Positions 44,301-55,465 of a stretch of 64,000 nt of DNA are shown piece after piece. The notes beneath the pieces were generated by a model. That model worked only from the letters and a program-made list of their open reading frames with translations, was not told the DNA's origin and made no database searches. Both the position numbers and the translations under genes were made by a program. The DNA lies in contig JAQGDQ010000417.1 of assembly GCA_030141605.1 (NCBI GenBank), forward strand, positions 139,589-203,588. Reading direction: 5' to 3'. Position 1 is the stretch's first letter, and each line of letters begins with the position of its first letter. The stretch is from Tubiluchus corallicola. Taxonomy: Eukaryota; Animalia; Priapulida.

Positions 44301-47300
44301 GTCCGCAATCAGTACTGTATGAAACAATCTAAAGCGTAACAGTATACCTAATAATTGCGGTAGGATAATGGGCCCACGGTACAAAATTTCATTTAACGAT
44401 GGATTACTGCGCCGTGTCTTAGCAGATCCATCATACACAATCCTTACTTGAGTCGTTTTTGACGTCTCTCGAATGACGCAATGATGTGGAATGTAATGTT
44501 GTATTTTTCCACAAGTAACTTCGGGGGTGACCTCTTCAATTATGTTTAATTCAAGTTGTTCCATAATGTTACCATGATAACGCTTTAACAACTCAGGTTG
44601 GTCAATTAATTTTGCAACACAACTCTTTAAGCGACCAAAGGCTAGAGCATAGTTGTCAGGAAGTGGTTTGTGATTAAGTTTAAATGGCCAGCTGACCATA
44701 TAACGGCCATCTCTAAACTCTACTGAGTTTTCAAATTTTCTTACAGCCATCTCATCATCATCAACTGTTGGTGAATCCTGAATTCCTAAAGAATCCAGGG
44801 ACCAGAATCGCTCTAACTGATAACTACGCTCTGTCTTATCATCATAATTGGCAACAATGTCGATGCATGACAAGTGCACTTCAGGTTTAGTAACATCTAA
44901 ACTAGACAAGTTGTCAATGATCAAATTCATTGAAGTGTCAAAACCAGGCTGAAATGACAATAATGCTGTGTTACATGTGACATTTTCATTTTCAGCATCA
45001 ATGGATTTTTTCTGAACTGTGCCACCAATAATGTAACCAAGACAACTAGCAAACATAAAAATGTCAGGTCCTAATTTTCTCTTCTCAGCACCCAATACTC
45101 TGAAGTAATGATCATTTCCAATTAAGAGTTCAATTTGCTCTTTCAGGTCATCATCAGAAGAATGGGTACCTGGTAGGACATCGGCCATGAGACCTTCCCA
45201 GCACTTTAACTTTGAATAAATGTCAGAAGGGAGACTAGGCCTTCGAGAATATTGAGCAATAAATGGTACAACCCTTACATCTAATTCCAATTGGCAAGAG
45301 GTAGGACCACCGTTTAAAGTTATTACACTATCATAGCACTCAATTCGTTTTGGCTCAGGATTAGCAAATGTAGATAACATAACAGTGGATTTATTGCTCA
45401 ATGGCAAATCAAGTCGGTCTGCTAGTGACTTTGTTATGTAGCTAGTGTGACTACCAGTATCTAAAAACCCTCTGATTCTTACACCATCTTGAAGTTTTCG
45501 TTCCCTTTTCATCAATGTTTGAGGGTTGAATGCATAACATAATACTGTCTGCATGATTGTGGTTTTTGAATTTGGTTTTGAGTTCAACAGCATAGACTCA
45601 TTAGTGAGATGGCTTTGCTTGGGCACTGCACTAATTTCAACGCATTGTGGGTTGGGCCGTTTGTTAAATGCAGCCTTTTCACACAAAGTGAGGTTATGAC
45701 GACCCAAACAAACAACACATTGTTTAGTGCAGGTATCTTCAGTATGACTTTTTGACATGCATATCATACATCTATTTTGCATTTTCAGTATGGCTTTCTT
45801 TTCAGAAATTGACAACTCGTGACAGTACCTGCTCGGATGGCCAGTCTTACCACACAAGAAACATGGGAATTTCTTGAATCCCGATGAAGACCCAACAGGT
45901 TTGTTTGATTTGGGTTTACCTTTGTTCACTTTAGGTTTATTAGAGCCCTTGTTAGGTGGTAGACTTGATAACCCAGGATGCCCAATACCTTCACTTTGGA
46001 ATGCAATCTGTTGTTCAGTATTACTTAGTACAGATTCATGCTGGTAGTTTGATCTTCGACCTGCAAAACCCAATTTAGCATTTTTGTATGAAGGTTTGCT
46101 TATGGGTTTTTCAGTAGGTGTGGGCACTGAATTCTTATCCTTTTGAATTGCTTCAATGTCTTCAACATACCACTCCATGGTTCTGATCAAATCATCTAGT
46201 TTCCACCTTGAACCATGGGTCATACCAGAGCACATTCTACGCAATTCATTGTTTATGTTAGCTGGAAGACGCCTGGTAATTTGTCTGACTATGTAATGCT
46301 CTTCCTCATACCCCAACATGGCCAAAGTTCTTAGTATTGACTCAATTTTGTCAAGAAATTTTCGAAGGTTTGTAGCATTTGGTGCAACTGTTTCTAAATT
46401 TTCAAGCAAGTCTAAGTTTCTATCTATCAAATCATCTTTCTTTAGAAACCGCTTTACCAAATGATTGACTGCCTGCTGATAACTTTCGGGTATGGCTGGG
46501 TAGGATTTCACAATTTCTAGTGGAACACCCTTTAAAGACATTTTTAGGTAATTCAATTTTTTCATTTCTTTCAGATCAGCACGTGTGTGAATCTCATCAT
46601 GAAAAATTGACCAGAAACCCTGAAAATCATCACCATCACCCGAAAAAGTGGGTAATTGAAACTTGGGTAATCTCGAATTTCTAAAGTAGGCATCAGAATC
46701 ACTTTCATTAGATGCCTGTGAAGCATGGCATGCCTGTACTGGGGAAGCATACATACTTGCTAAACGTGAAGGTGTTACTTTAGAAGTTTGAGCAATGACA
46801 GACTCATGCAATGTATTATCCATAACACTGTGTTTAGGTTTTGGTTTAGTGTCTGCCATGTGATGATCACGTGATTCTAGACGTTCAAGACGTGATGCAA
46901 TCATATCCATGGTTTGCATCATTGTATTGAAAACTGATGAAGGGGGATAATTCTGATCACCGTGAGCATTATAAACATTACTGCCATATGCTTTAGTACC
47001 TGCCTGTCCAGCAAAGGCAGCATTGCCTGCATTTTTGAATTTTGAAACAAACACACCAGAAGCTTTTGAAGTACTTGCTGGTTGATATACAGGCTCTAGG
47101 GCAGCTATTATCAAATTCTGCTGATTAAGTTCAAAATTACCTTTGCTTTTAAATTTCTGTAGTAGCAATTTTGGTAAGCCTAACAAATCTTGTTTCAAAA
47201 CTGCCCTAGAATTAATTAATTCGTGGCTTGCATCTGCCATGGTGTCATTATTACAACGATAATAACAATCTATCAATTTTCCATAAGTCTCAATTAACTC

Positions 47301-47867
47301 CTGTACGGTATCTGTATAATCAGAAAGATAATTGTTTGCTTTGTCAATCAAAGTTTCAATATTTTCAAAGCATAACAAATTATACAAAGAATTGCTAAAC
47401 CTAATCATGTCATACCGCATCTCAGTAAATCTGTGGTTGTGTATTCTGATTTTCTGCAGGAACATCTCAATCTCCTGATCAATTTCCAGGGGCAGCTCTA
47501 TGTTGGGTTTTTCTAGCAGTGGAACCAGTGGATATGCTTCATCCTCTTCACTCTCTCCTGGCTCCTCATCACAATCAGGCTTCGACATTGCAGCTGACGT
47601 CTCCGGTTCCTCCTGTATCACGTTTGGGCTGGCACGGGCATTTTGCTCTCTGTATTCCAGTATTCTGCGAACCAGCTCAGCTTTTGTACCGTAGACTGGT
47701 AGACCCTTGTCTCGTGAGAGATCTTTCAATTCCCTTTGTGTAAGATCCATCAATTCTAGACGTGACATCGGTATCGGCCCAGTTACATAGGTACGTATTT
47801 CGGTATCAGAAACGCCCTCCGGTGCAGGAAGAATTTGAGCTTGTGAAGATTTGAGTTGATCTGTCAT
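41349..47867 (-). CDS. BEL/Pao Gag-Pol polyprotein (SAP-like domain, DUF1759 gag, 3 Zn knuckles, aspartic protease, RT, RNase H, integrase, DUF5641-like)
   Basis: LPKFQLPTFSGD; CFLCGKTGHPSRYC / CMIC..H...C / CVVC..RHNLTLC; FLDTGS; YIPHH, RIVYDGS, ADIEKAF, LYVDN; FADAS, PRAEL, NPADKGTR; H...H/CLTC, VDYMGP, SDNAPTF, GGHYERLV; FWKRWQTEYL. First ATG at 47867; frame is open from 47918. Confidence 0.95.
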   Translation of the reverse strand: MTDQLKSSQAQILPAPEGVSDTEIRTYVTGPIPMSRLELMDLTQRELKDLSRDKGLPVYGTKAELVRRILEYREQNARASPNVIQEEPETSAAMSKPDCDEEPGESEEDEAYPLVPLLEKPNIELPLEIDQEIEMFLQKIRIHNHRFTEMRYDMIRFSNSLYNLLCFENIETLIDKANNYLSDYTDTVQELIETYGKLIDCYYRCNNDTMADASHELINSRAVLKQDLLGLPKLLLQKFKSKGNFELNQQNLIIAALEPVYQPASTSKASGVFVSKFKNAGNAAFAGQAGTKAYGSNVYNAHGDQNYPPSSVFNTMMQTMDMIASRLERLESRDHHMADTKPKPKHSVMDNTLHESVIAQTSKVTPSRLASMYASPVQACHASQASNESDSDAYFRNSRLPKFQLPTFSGDGDDFQGFWSIFHDEIHTRADLKEMKKLNYLKMSLKGVPLEIVKSYPAIPESYQQAVNHLVKRFLKKDDLIDRNLDLLENLETVAPNATNLRKFLDKIESILRTLAMLGYEEEHYIVRQITRRLPANINNELRRMCSGMTHGSRWKLDDLIRTMEWYVEDIEAIQKDKNSVPTPTEKPISKPSYKNAKLGFAGRRSNYQHESVLSNTEQQIAFQSEGIGHPGLSSLPPNKGSNKPKVNKGKPKSNKPVGSSSGFKKFPCFLCGKTGHPSRYCHELSISEKKAILKMQNRCMICMSKSHTEDTCTKQCVVCLGRHNLTLCEKAAFNKRPNPQCVEISAVPKQSHLTNESMLLNSKPNSKTTIMQTVLCYAFNPQTLMKRERKLQDGVRIRGFLDTGSHTSYITKSLADRLDLPLSNKSTVMLSTFANPEPKRIECYDSVITLNGGPTSCQLELDVRVVPFIAQYSRRPSLPSDIYSKLKCWEGLMADVLPGTHSSDDDLKEQIELLIGNDHYFRVLGAEKRKLGPDIFMFASCLGYIIGGTVQKKSIDAENENVTCNTALLSFQPGFDTSMNLIIDNLSSLDVTKPEVHLSCIDIVANYDDKTERSYQLERFWSLDSLGIQDSPTVDDDEMAVRKFENSVEFRDGRYMVSWPFKLNHKPLPDNYALAFGRLKSCVAKLIDQPELLKRYHGNIMEQLELNIIEEVTPEVTCGKIQHYIPHHCVIRETSKTTQVRIVYDGSAKTRRSNPSLNEILYRGPIILPQLLGILLRFRLFHTVLIADIEKAFLNVGLHEGDRDCTRFLWLRDPTKFDFSPKNLVIYRFKRVAFGIICSPFLLAATITHHLKLHDTELSSQILRDLYVDNLLTGVDGEEQAVSFYSAAKQLFKEAGFNLRQWFSNSSQFLDMLPDSDRVTDPHMKVLGLFYDRLEDTLSLVKIDVTAFREADTKRKILHCVSSVFDPTGISAPLLLPGKLLLSSLWQQKLGWDTQLNEDNLNLWQQAVNLIQFTQTLTVPRYIAAVNALYTIVCFADASQKAYCCVLYLRVHDMSLNSCQSNILFAKTRIVPPNKFTIPRAELMAALIGSRAIVYAKQHLHVDIEQAFLFIDSLCVLHWLHSQKRLSIFVRNRIQEIKEVPNLEVRHISSDLNPADKGTRITERPISESWLHGPTFLTQEIVTWPVSSSAPSLTQEQEIEVESEMPNTKEVFFETSCVANAIACKQKIGNVININDYSSLDRLLIVTAFVLRIMQVIVHYKEGLRLSENLVTIQETTQALKLWIRWIQFTYLDFVQQKLQRASSNVTFFVNDAGLIACKTRFQNKHSLLTSQPLLLPNCKLVELIVQHIHKVYCHVGVSQVLAIFRINYWVPNGRNIIRAILRKCLTCRRYEGGPYCSPPFKQLPDERLVPSCPYSYVGVDYMGPILYKSGTSKTKNLTKKSWIVLFDCLTTRAVHLALVTDMTAESLILVLRRFIARYGCPKKMYSDNAPTFKLVRNTMDAHFNSVLHSKLCQEFATKSGFSWSFIIPKASHQGGHYERLVGLVKRTLRKTTLCKPLPYEILVTVLEEIQYIINSRPLCYVDSSTLEALSPNSFLMPTGHRPPGIQDLESNVCNDPDFQPTIKALIENWKNGQKQVKQFWKRWQTEYLGDLRARTQSELVTKRGALKQIPKINDVVLIKEENHPRGRWKLGRISRLLGSSDGEVRGAEVVLANGNSLQRPVHHLYPITQAASDQPLTCKSPMLVKRMLTKRESAVKARKIIKGLIDNDKV

Positions 47868-48143
47868 GCTGTAACGAATGCAGGTAAGTGCAAGAAAATT
47901 ATTTCTTAAATGCAGCACTTAATGCACTGTGCATTCAAACCATTTCCAGTTCCTAGTCATACTGTATGGAATGCAGGTAAGTGCAAGAAATAATTTTAAG
48001 TACAGCACTCAGTGCATTGTGCATGTAAACCAATTCCAGTTCCAAAACGTAGCACTTAATGCACTGTAACTAAACCAATTCCAGTTCCAAAATGTGGCAC
48101 TTTATGCACTGTGTATCTAAACCAATTCCAGTTCCTCAGAACG

Positions 48144-48161
48144 TCCCGGGTTTCGGCACCA
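48144..48161 (-). other. Primer binding site complementary to the tRNA-Phe 3' end
   Basis: Minus strand TGGTGCCGAAACCCGGGA begins 2 nt after the 5' LTR; matches the metazoan tRNA-Phe 3' end UCCCGGGUUUCGGCACCA as I recall it. Confidence 0.88.
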
Positions 48162-48163
48162 GA

Positions 48164-48607
48164 TGTTAAAAAACTTGTAACAATTTTATTGCAAAATGTA
48201 CAATGTTTACAGATTATAAACTTTTATGACACATTATGATACCACTACAGTAGAAAATTTTCAACCTCTCCAAATGCTATCTCAAGACCAACCGGAACTT
48301 GCATGCCTGGGAGAATAAAGCTCTAATCACATGACCAGACATACAAGTTCCTATTGGAAGGTACATTAATTCATGCAAAGGTCACCTCTACTCTACATGT
48401 TAAACCAACATCAAATCTACTGGGCTTCTTATATAGCAGAATACATTAAGTTCACTAGTTGCTTCTCTTCCAAACTTTATCTAATTTTCAGTAGTCATGG
48501 AAATTAGGAGATGGGGAGGCATATTGAGGCTGCAGCTAAGAAACATTTGTAGAAAACTGACAATTAAATAGATTACATAATAATACAATCGCGTACAATA
48601 AGCGACA
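48164..48607 (-). repeat. 5' LTR (TG...CA, 444 bp)
   Basis: Minus strand TGTCGC...TTAACA; contains TATATAA and a distal AATAAA. Confidence 0.95.
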
Positions 48608-49415
48608 TACGAAGCTTTTGTGGTCAAATGTCAAATGTCACTGTGTCACCATCTGAGCGCCTACACCAGATGTCTATCCTTCAAGTTTTGTGACTCTAGG
48701 TATTGAGGTCTTTTAGTTATTGAATATCATAGTGGAGAATAAAAACAAATAAATGAACTGTTTGTGAAAAAGAAGATTCGCATGACCTTAAGGCACACCT
48801 GAGTATGCAATAATTTATTATGGATTATCCTAGGCGCTAAATCAATTACAAAAAAACTCATTTGCTTATTAATTACAGCAGGTGTGCCTTAATACTTTAA
48901 AATGAATTGTCTGACTACAATGAATTGTCCTGTCTGGGATTAGACTAAAACAAAGACGGATCGCAAGAGATTGTGTGGTGATTGCATTAAACTTACACCT
49001 CAAAGATACCTGGTTCAAATCCAGGTTTATAAAAGATTTATTCAAAGTTTTGTTAAGCTTCAAGTTCAAAAATTTAACGATTATAGTATATTGTTAGGGC
49101 AAGTGGAACGTTCAAGTGGTAACTGTGACTACATTATGAGAGTTTTTTACTAAACGAAGGAATAAATAACCCAAAACTGTATGCTGTGCTCTGAAGTTAT
49201 GAAAAATCACAAAATCTCACCCGGAAGTTTTAAAAGATTCGAATTCCAAAAAATCCCAGATGGGTGAAAGAATTCCAGTCTGGCAACTCCTAAACTACTC
49301 GCCTTGTTCTTGTTCTTGCATCTCGCTGGAAACAGCTAATAGCTTAATATCCGCTGTACATTCGACTGATGGTAAACTCATTCTACTGAAAGCCCCATGC
49401 CAAGGGGAAATTTTA

Positions 49416-49641
49416 AAAGCCCACAAACTGGTAAATGCTTTCACACTTGTCCACTGGACAACATTAAAGGAGAAGCCCACAAAACCAGTAAATGCATTCA
49501 CACTTGTCCATTGGACAACAACAAAGTAGCAGCACACAAACCAGTAAATGCTTCACACTTGTCCAATGGACAACATTAAAGTAGAAGCCCACAAACTGGC
49601 AAACGCTTTCACACTTGTCCATTGGACAACATTTAAGTAGA
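49416..49641. repeat. 56-bp minisatellite, about 4 copies
   Basis: Same unit as the 31.2-kb array. Confidence 0.93.
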
Positions 49642-50007
49642 CTACAATTAAGCGAAAACTTGTTTGATGTTTTGAAATTTTTGTATCTTGTCAGTCACCA
49701 GAACCAAGAAGATACTAAAGAGAACTTCTCAAATGAGTTCGTTCTTTAAGTGACACCACAAGTGTGAATATGTTATTGGTCTTTATTTTCACAATACCTG
49801 TATGCTGATGTATAATGCCTTTAGTGCATTATTTACCGGCAATGCAATTACACCTGTTGTTTCTGATCACAGTAACGTTTTCCCTTAGTGACTTTTGCCT
49901 GTAAAACATTCGGCTAATGTGTTTCAGTTTCTTTGTAGCCATGATATCGATGTATTTTTTGTTGGTTAAACAATACTGGCAAATCCATAAGTAAATCTCT
50001 TTGGTTT

Positions 50008-50838
50008 TTATCTGCACAAACAGATTTTCTTGAAAGCTTTTCTAAACTTGCTATTCATTGCAGCATAGATGATTGGATTGGCAAAACTGTTGCAGTATCC
50101 AAACCAAAGGTAGAAGATAAATGCCGGACCTGGTTGTGTAATTATGAAATTAGGCCCCCAGCAAACGAAGAATACAACAGTGGTTACAAGCAACATCTTT
50201 GTTGCTTTCATTTCTGCCACATTTACACTAGCCTGTGGATTTTCTTGATGAATTCTCAACAGTTGCCTCCATGCAGCCTTCCATATTATTGTGTATAGTA
50301 CTGATAGTATGATTAGAGGCAAATAGAAGAACAAAATGTTGTCCACTAGAACAACTGAATGCAATCCTTTCAAGTCTAGTGCCATGATTAAATAGGCTGC
50401 AGCAAACCCAAGAAGCCAAGTAGCACAAATAAAAGCAGCTATCATCCTCCCCGTGACATAAATGTTGTACTTATAGGGATGTAAAATAGCCAAATATCTT
50501 TCTACAGCTATGATGCATAGATGCATTATGCTCACATTTGTCAAAAGCATCATGGTGAAGCGAATGACATGTCTTAAAATTTCGTTAGCTAGTCTCAAGC
50601 GAATTACTAGCAAAGGCATTATTACTCCAACCAACAAATCCACCACGGCTAGTGACACGATCAGAGCATTCATTTTCGTTCGCAGCTGCTCGTACTTGTA
50701 AACTGCGACAAGAATTAACATGTTGCCAGCAATCACAATGAAAGCAGTGACCACAAACAAGTATAAAGCAATTTGCCAAATATGCAAGTTTTTCACCTCT
50801 GCTTGTCCGGTCGCATTTGCAGTAAAATTATCCATCAT
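50008..50838 (-). CDS. Intronless orphan class A GPCR, 276 aa
   Basis: Complete 7TM motif set, short ECL3. Confidence 0.93.
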   Translation of the reverse strand: MMDNFTANATGQAEVKNLHIWQIALYLFVVTAFIVIAGNMLILVAVYKYEQLRTKMNALIVSLAVVDLLVGVIMPLLVIRLRLANEILRHVIRFTMMLLTNVSIMHLCIIAVERYLAILHPYKYNIYVTGRMIAAFICATWLLGFAAAYLIMALDLKGLHSVVLVDNILFFYLPLIILSVLYTIIWKAAWRQLLRIHQENPQASVNVAEMKATKMLLVTTVVFFVCWGPNFIITQPGPAFIFYLWFGYCNSFANPIIYAAMNSKFRKAFKKICLCR

Positions 50839-51714
50839 ACCATGTACAAGTTAAGAGCCATGTTTAATTTGATAATGCACTAGTCCATCATCCTAGGTTC
50901 CTCAAACAGTTCTCTCTTATAAAGTGCCACACAATGTATTTTTTAGTGTACAAATACCATATTTTACATGTTTTTGGTAAACCTTTAAGAGAGATCGAGT
51001 TTGCATGTCTATGCATTGGATTCTGTTTTAGCCTAATGAAAAAAGCTCTGAGCTGCATGGAACAGGATCTTAACAATTAGTGGTGTGTTATATACTAAGT
51101 GAAGGCTGTGTTTACAGATCACTTACTACCCAACAAATGCAACAGCCATGACAACATTCCTATTTACCGTCAAATAGAGACTTTGTTGCTCTGTTCACTA
51201 AACACTATTTGTCATGTATGAAACAAACAACATTCTCTGGACAACATTAGTGTCTGTTTATTTTTCTTTGTTATAATAATCATGCAGTGCTTTTGGGTTG
51301 CCCAGGAAAAACATTACCCATAAATTCTTTAATAGAATAAAAATTATGAATCAAAACAGCAGAAAAATTTAACAGAACAACAATGAGAAACAGTGAATAT
51401 TTACTTTCTTTATACACAATAAAAAATGTAATTCTAAGTCTTGTCTTTGACATTTTATGAATTTTTTAAAAATGTGATGTTTAAAATTGTATCTCTATAG
51501 CAAAGAAAAGGAAATTACCTCCAAAACATATCATTTTAATTGACAAAGAAACTTAGCTTTTAATGTTTCTTTATCTGCATATCTTGGAAAACAGTAGTGA
51601 TTTAAATCCTCTAGATTTTAGCAAGAAAAAATCAAATATATTCCTGGACTGAAAAATGCTCTTCTTCAAGAGTTTTGCTTCAAGAATAGGCTAAAACGAA
51701 AGTAGCGGATCTTC

Positions 51715-52379
51715 TCATTGCTCCCAGCAAATGAAAAATACAACAGTGGTCACAAGTAACATCTTTGTTGCTTTCATTTCTGCCACTTTTACACTAGTCT
51801 GTGGATTTTCTTGATGAATTCTCAACACTTGCCTCCATGCAGCCTTACATATTATTGTGTACAGTACTGATAGTATGATTAGAGGCAAATAAAAGAACAG
51901 AATGTTATCCATCAGAAATACTGAATGAAACGTTTTCATGTCTAGTGCTAGGTAGGGTGCAACAAATCCAAGAAGACAAATAACACAAATAAAATCATCT
52001 ATGATCTTCCCAGTGACATGCATGTTCTACCTACAGGGATGTAAAACAGCCAGATATGTTTCAGCAGCCGAAAAACACAGGTGTATTATGCTCACACTTG
52101 TCAAAGGCATCATGGTGGACCTATTGACCTGACTGAAAATTTTGTTAGCTAATTTTAAACAAATTATCGACAAAGGCATTATTATTCCGATTTGCAAGTC
52201 ACAACTAGTGACACGATCAGTGCATTCATTGTTGTCTGCAGCTGCATGTACTTGTAAACTGAGATGAGAATTAACGTGTTGACAGCAATTATAGCCACAG
52301 CAGTAAACAGGTACAAACATAAAATAATTCGGTCTCTCTGCTCTGCTTGATCTGTGAGATTTACTGTACAATTTAACAT
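51715..52379 (-). pseudogene. GPCR pseudogene (frameshifted, truncated in TM6)
   Basis: Homology is split over three ORFs (52182-52379, 52027-52419, 51715-52023) and ends at FFICW. Confidence 0.88.
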
Positions 52380-52802
52380 TATGTGGGGAAGTTAGATGTC
52401 TTATTTGATCAGTAGTCACTTATCCTGGACACGTTGTGTAACTCACTACTTTAAAATGTTGCAGGTTAATTACTTTTTCACTGCACAGATACTAAGTTCC
52501 CACCTGTTTATAACACATTTAATCAAGCATGTAGGTGTAAGTGGGAAGTATTGTTGGTAAGCTCGTCTGAATTTGGCCTTTGAATGACATCACAAGAGGT
52601 ATTGTTCGTCATTGTTTCACGATACCTGTACATTGTTGCTTGCTTTTACATCTGTTATTTATAATCACAGTAATGTTCTCTAGTAATGGCTTTGTTTACG
52701 AAATATTCGGCTACGTGTGTTTCCATTTTCGAAGTAAAAAATTCAGTGAAATTTTGTTGATAACACAGTGACTAGCATATACAAAGCACATCTATTTAGT
52801 TT

Positions 52803-53645
52803 TTATCTGCACAAACAGATTTTTTTGAAAGCTTTTCTAAACTTGTTATTCATTGCAGCATAGATGATTGGGTTGGCGAAACTGTTGCAGTATCCAAACC
52901 AAATGTAGAAGAAATAATTCAGAGCACTATTTGCTGAATCTGGATTTCTAATTATGAAAAGAGGCCCCCAGCAAATGAAGAACACAAGAGTGGTCACAAG
53001 TAACATCTTTGTTGCTTTCATTTCTGCCACCTTTACACTAGCCTGTGGATTTTCTTGATGAATTCTCAACACTTGCTTCCGTGCAGCCTTCCATATTATT
53101 GTGTACAGTACTGACAGTATGATCAGAGGCAAATAGAAGAACAAAATGTTGTCCACTAGAACAACTGAATGAAATCCTTTCATGCCTAGTGCCATGATTA
53201 AATAGGCTGCAGCAAACCCAAGAAGCCAAGTAGCACAAATAAAAGCAGCTATCATCCTCCCCGTGACATAAATGTTGTACTTATAGGGATGTAAAATAGC
53301 CAAATATCTTTCCACAGCTATGATGCATAGATGCATTATGCTCACATTTGTCAAAAACATCATGGTGAAGCGAATGACATGTCTTAAAATTTCGTTAGCT
53401 AGTCTCCCACAAATTGCTTCCAAAGGCATCATTACTCCAACCAACAAATCCACCACGGCTAGTGACACGATCAGAGCATTCATTTTCGTTCGCAGCTGCT
53501 CGTACTTGTAAACTGCGACAAGAATTAACTTGTTGCCAGCAATCACAGCAAAAGCAGGGACCACAAACAAGTATAAAGCAATTTGCCAAATATGCAAGTT
53601 TTTCACCTCTGCTTGTCCAGTCGCATTTGCCGTAAAATTATCCAT
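52803..53645 (-). CDS. Intronless orphan class A GPCR, 280 aa
   Basis: Complete 7TM motif set; the first Met codon is GTG, so the start is taken at the second ATG (53645). Confidence 0.92.
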   Translation of the reverse strand: MDNFTANATGQAEVKNLHIWQIALYLFVVPAFAVIAGNKLILVAVYKYEQLRTKMNALIVSLAVVDLLVGVMMPLEAICGRLANEILRHVIRFTMMFLTNVSIMHLCIIAVERYLAILHPYKYNIYVTGRMIAAFICATWLLGFAAAYLIMALGMKGFHSVVLVDNILFFYLPLIILSVLYTIIWKAARKQVLRIHQENPQASVKVAEMKATKMLLVTTLVFFICWGPLFIIRNPDSANSALNYFFYIWFGYCNSFANPIIYAAMNNKFRKAFKKICLCR

Positions 53646-54880
53646 CACACACGCATAAGTTAAGGGCCATGTTTAATTCGATAATGCACTAGTCCATCAT
53701 CCTAGGTACCTCAAACAGTTCTCTTATATAAAGTGCCATACAATGTATTTTTTACTGTACAAATACCACATTTTACATGTTTTTGATGAACGTTTAAGAG
53801 AGATCAACTTTGCATGTCTATGCATTGGACTCTGTTTTAGCCTAATGAAAAAAGCTCTGAGATGCATGGAACAGGATCTTAACAATTAGTGGTGTGTTAT
53901 ATACTAAGTGAAGCCTGCGCTGACAGATCATTTACTGTTTATCAAATGCAACAGCAATGACAACATTTCTATTTACCATCAAATAGAGTCTTTGTTGCTC
54001 TGTTCACTAGAAAAGGTGTGTCATGTATGAAACAGCATTGTCTGGAGCACATTAGTGTCTGTTTATTTTTCTGTTACATTAGTTATACATAGCTTTTGTG
54101 GTCAAATGTCAAACGTCATGATGTGTCACCATCTGAGCCCCTACACCAGATGTCTACCCTTCAAGTTTTGGGACTCTACGTATTGGGTTTTTTTAGTTAT
54201 TGAGTGTCATAGTGGAGAATAAAAACAAATAAATAAACTGTTTGTGAAAAAGAAGATTCGCATGACCTTAAGGCACACCTGAGTATGCAATAATTTATTA
54301 TGGATTATCCTAGGTGCTAAATCAATTGCACAAAAAAAAACTCATTTGCTTATTAATTACAGCAGGTATGCCTTAATACTTTAAAATGAATTGTCCTGTC
54401 TGGCATTACACTAAAACAAAGACTGATCGCAAGAGATTGTCTGGTGATGGCATTAAACTTACACATTAAAGATAGCTGGTTCAAATCCAGGTTTATAAAA
54501 GATTTGCTCAAAGTTTTGTTAAGCTTCGAGTTCAAAAATTTAACGATTGCAGTACATTGTTAGGGCAAGTGGAACGTTCAAGTGGTAACTGTGACTACAT
54601 TCTGGGAGTTTTTTACTAAACGAAGGAATAAATAACCCAAAAATGCATGCTGTGCTCTGAAGTTATGACAAATCACAAAATCTCACCCGGAAGTTTTAAA
54701 AGATTCGAACTCCAAAAAATCCCAGATGGGTGAAAAAATTCTAGACTGGTGACTCCTAAACTACTTGCCTTGTTCTTCTTCTTGCTTCACGCTGGAAACA
54801 GCTAATAGCTTAATATCCGCTGAACATTCGACTGATGGTAAACTCATTCAACTGAAAGCCCCATGCCAAGGGGAAATTTT

Positions 54881-55107
54881 AAAAGCCCACAAACTGGTAA
54901 ATGCTTTCACACTTGTCCACTGGACAACATTAAAGTAGAAGCCCACAAGCTGGCAAACGCTTTCACACTTGTTAATTGGACAACATTAAAGTAGAAGCAC
55001 ACAAACCAGTAAATGCTTTCACACTTGTCCAATGGACAACATTAAAGTAGAAGCCCACAAACTGGCAAACGCTTTCACACTTGTCCATTGGACAACATTT
55101 AAGTAGA
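54881..55107. repeat. 56-bp minisatellite, about 4 copies
   Basis: Same unit as the 31.2-kb array. Confidence 0.93.
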
Positions 55108-55465
55108 CTACGATTAAGCAAAAGCTTGTTTGATGTTTTGAACTTTTTGTATCTTGTCAGTTACCAGAGCCAAGAAGATACTAAAGAGAACCTCTCAAAT
55201 GAGTTCGTTCTTTGAATGAGACCACAAGTGTGAATATGTTATTGGTCTTTATTTTCACAATACATGTATGCTGATGTATAATGCCTTTACTGCATTATTT
55301 ACTGCAATTACACCTGTTGTTCCTGATCACAGTAACGTTTCCCTTAATGGCTATGGCTGTAAAACATTCGGCTAATGTGTTTCAGTTTTTTTGTAGCCAT
55401 GATATCGATGTATTTTTTGTTGGTTAAACAATACTGGCATATACATAAGTAAATCTCTTTAGTTT

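Larger units (their letters stand above)
40388..48607 (-). mobile_element. Full-length BEL/Pao LTR retrotransposon
   Basis: Two nearly identical 444-bp LTRs, tRNA-Phe PBS, single gag-pol ORF; the flanks rejoin into the empty spacer sequence seen at 38593-38615. Confidence 0.95.

Noticed and set aside
42961-44322. Plus-strand ORFs inside pol and inside the GPCR and PKD exons
   Set aside because: They are antisense shadows of real coding sequence with no independent motifs.
48144-48161. tRNA-Phe gene
   Set aside because: Only the 3'-terminal 18 nt including CCA match, next to an LTR; this is a primer binding site.
49260-49529. Recurrent small ORF MGERIPVWQLLNYSPC... and other recurring spacer ORFs
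   Set aside because: They recur because the spacer is duplicated; stops differ between copies and there is no recognisable domain.
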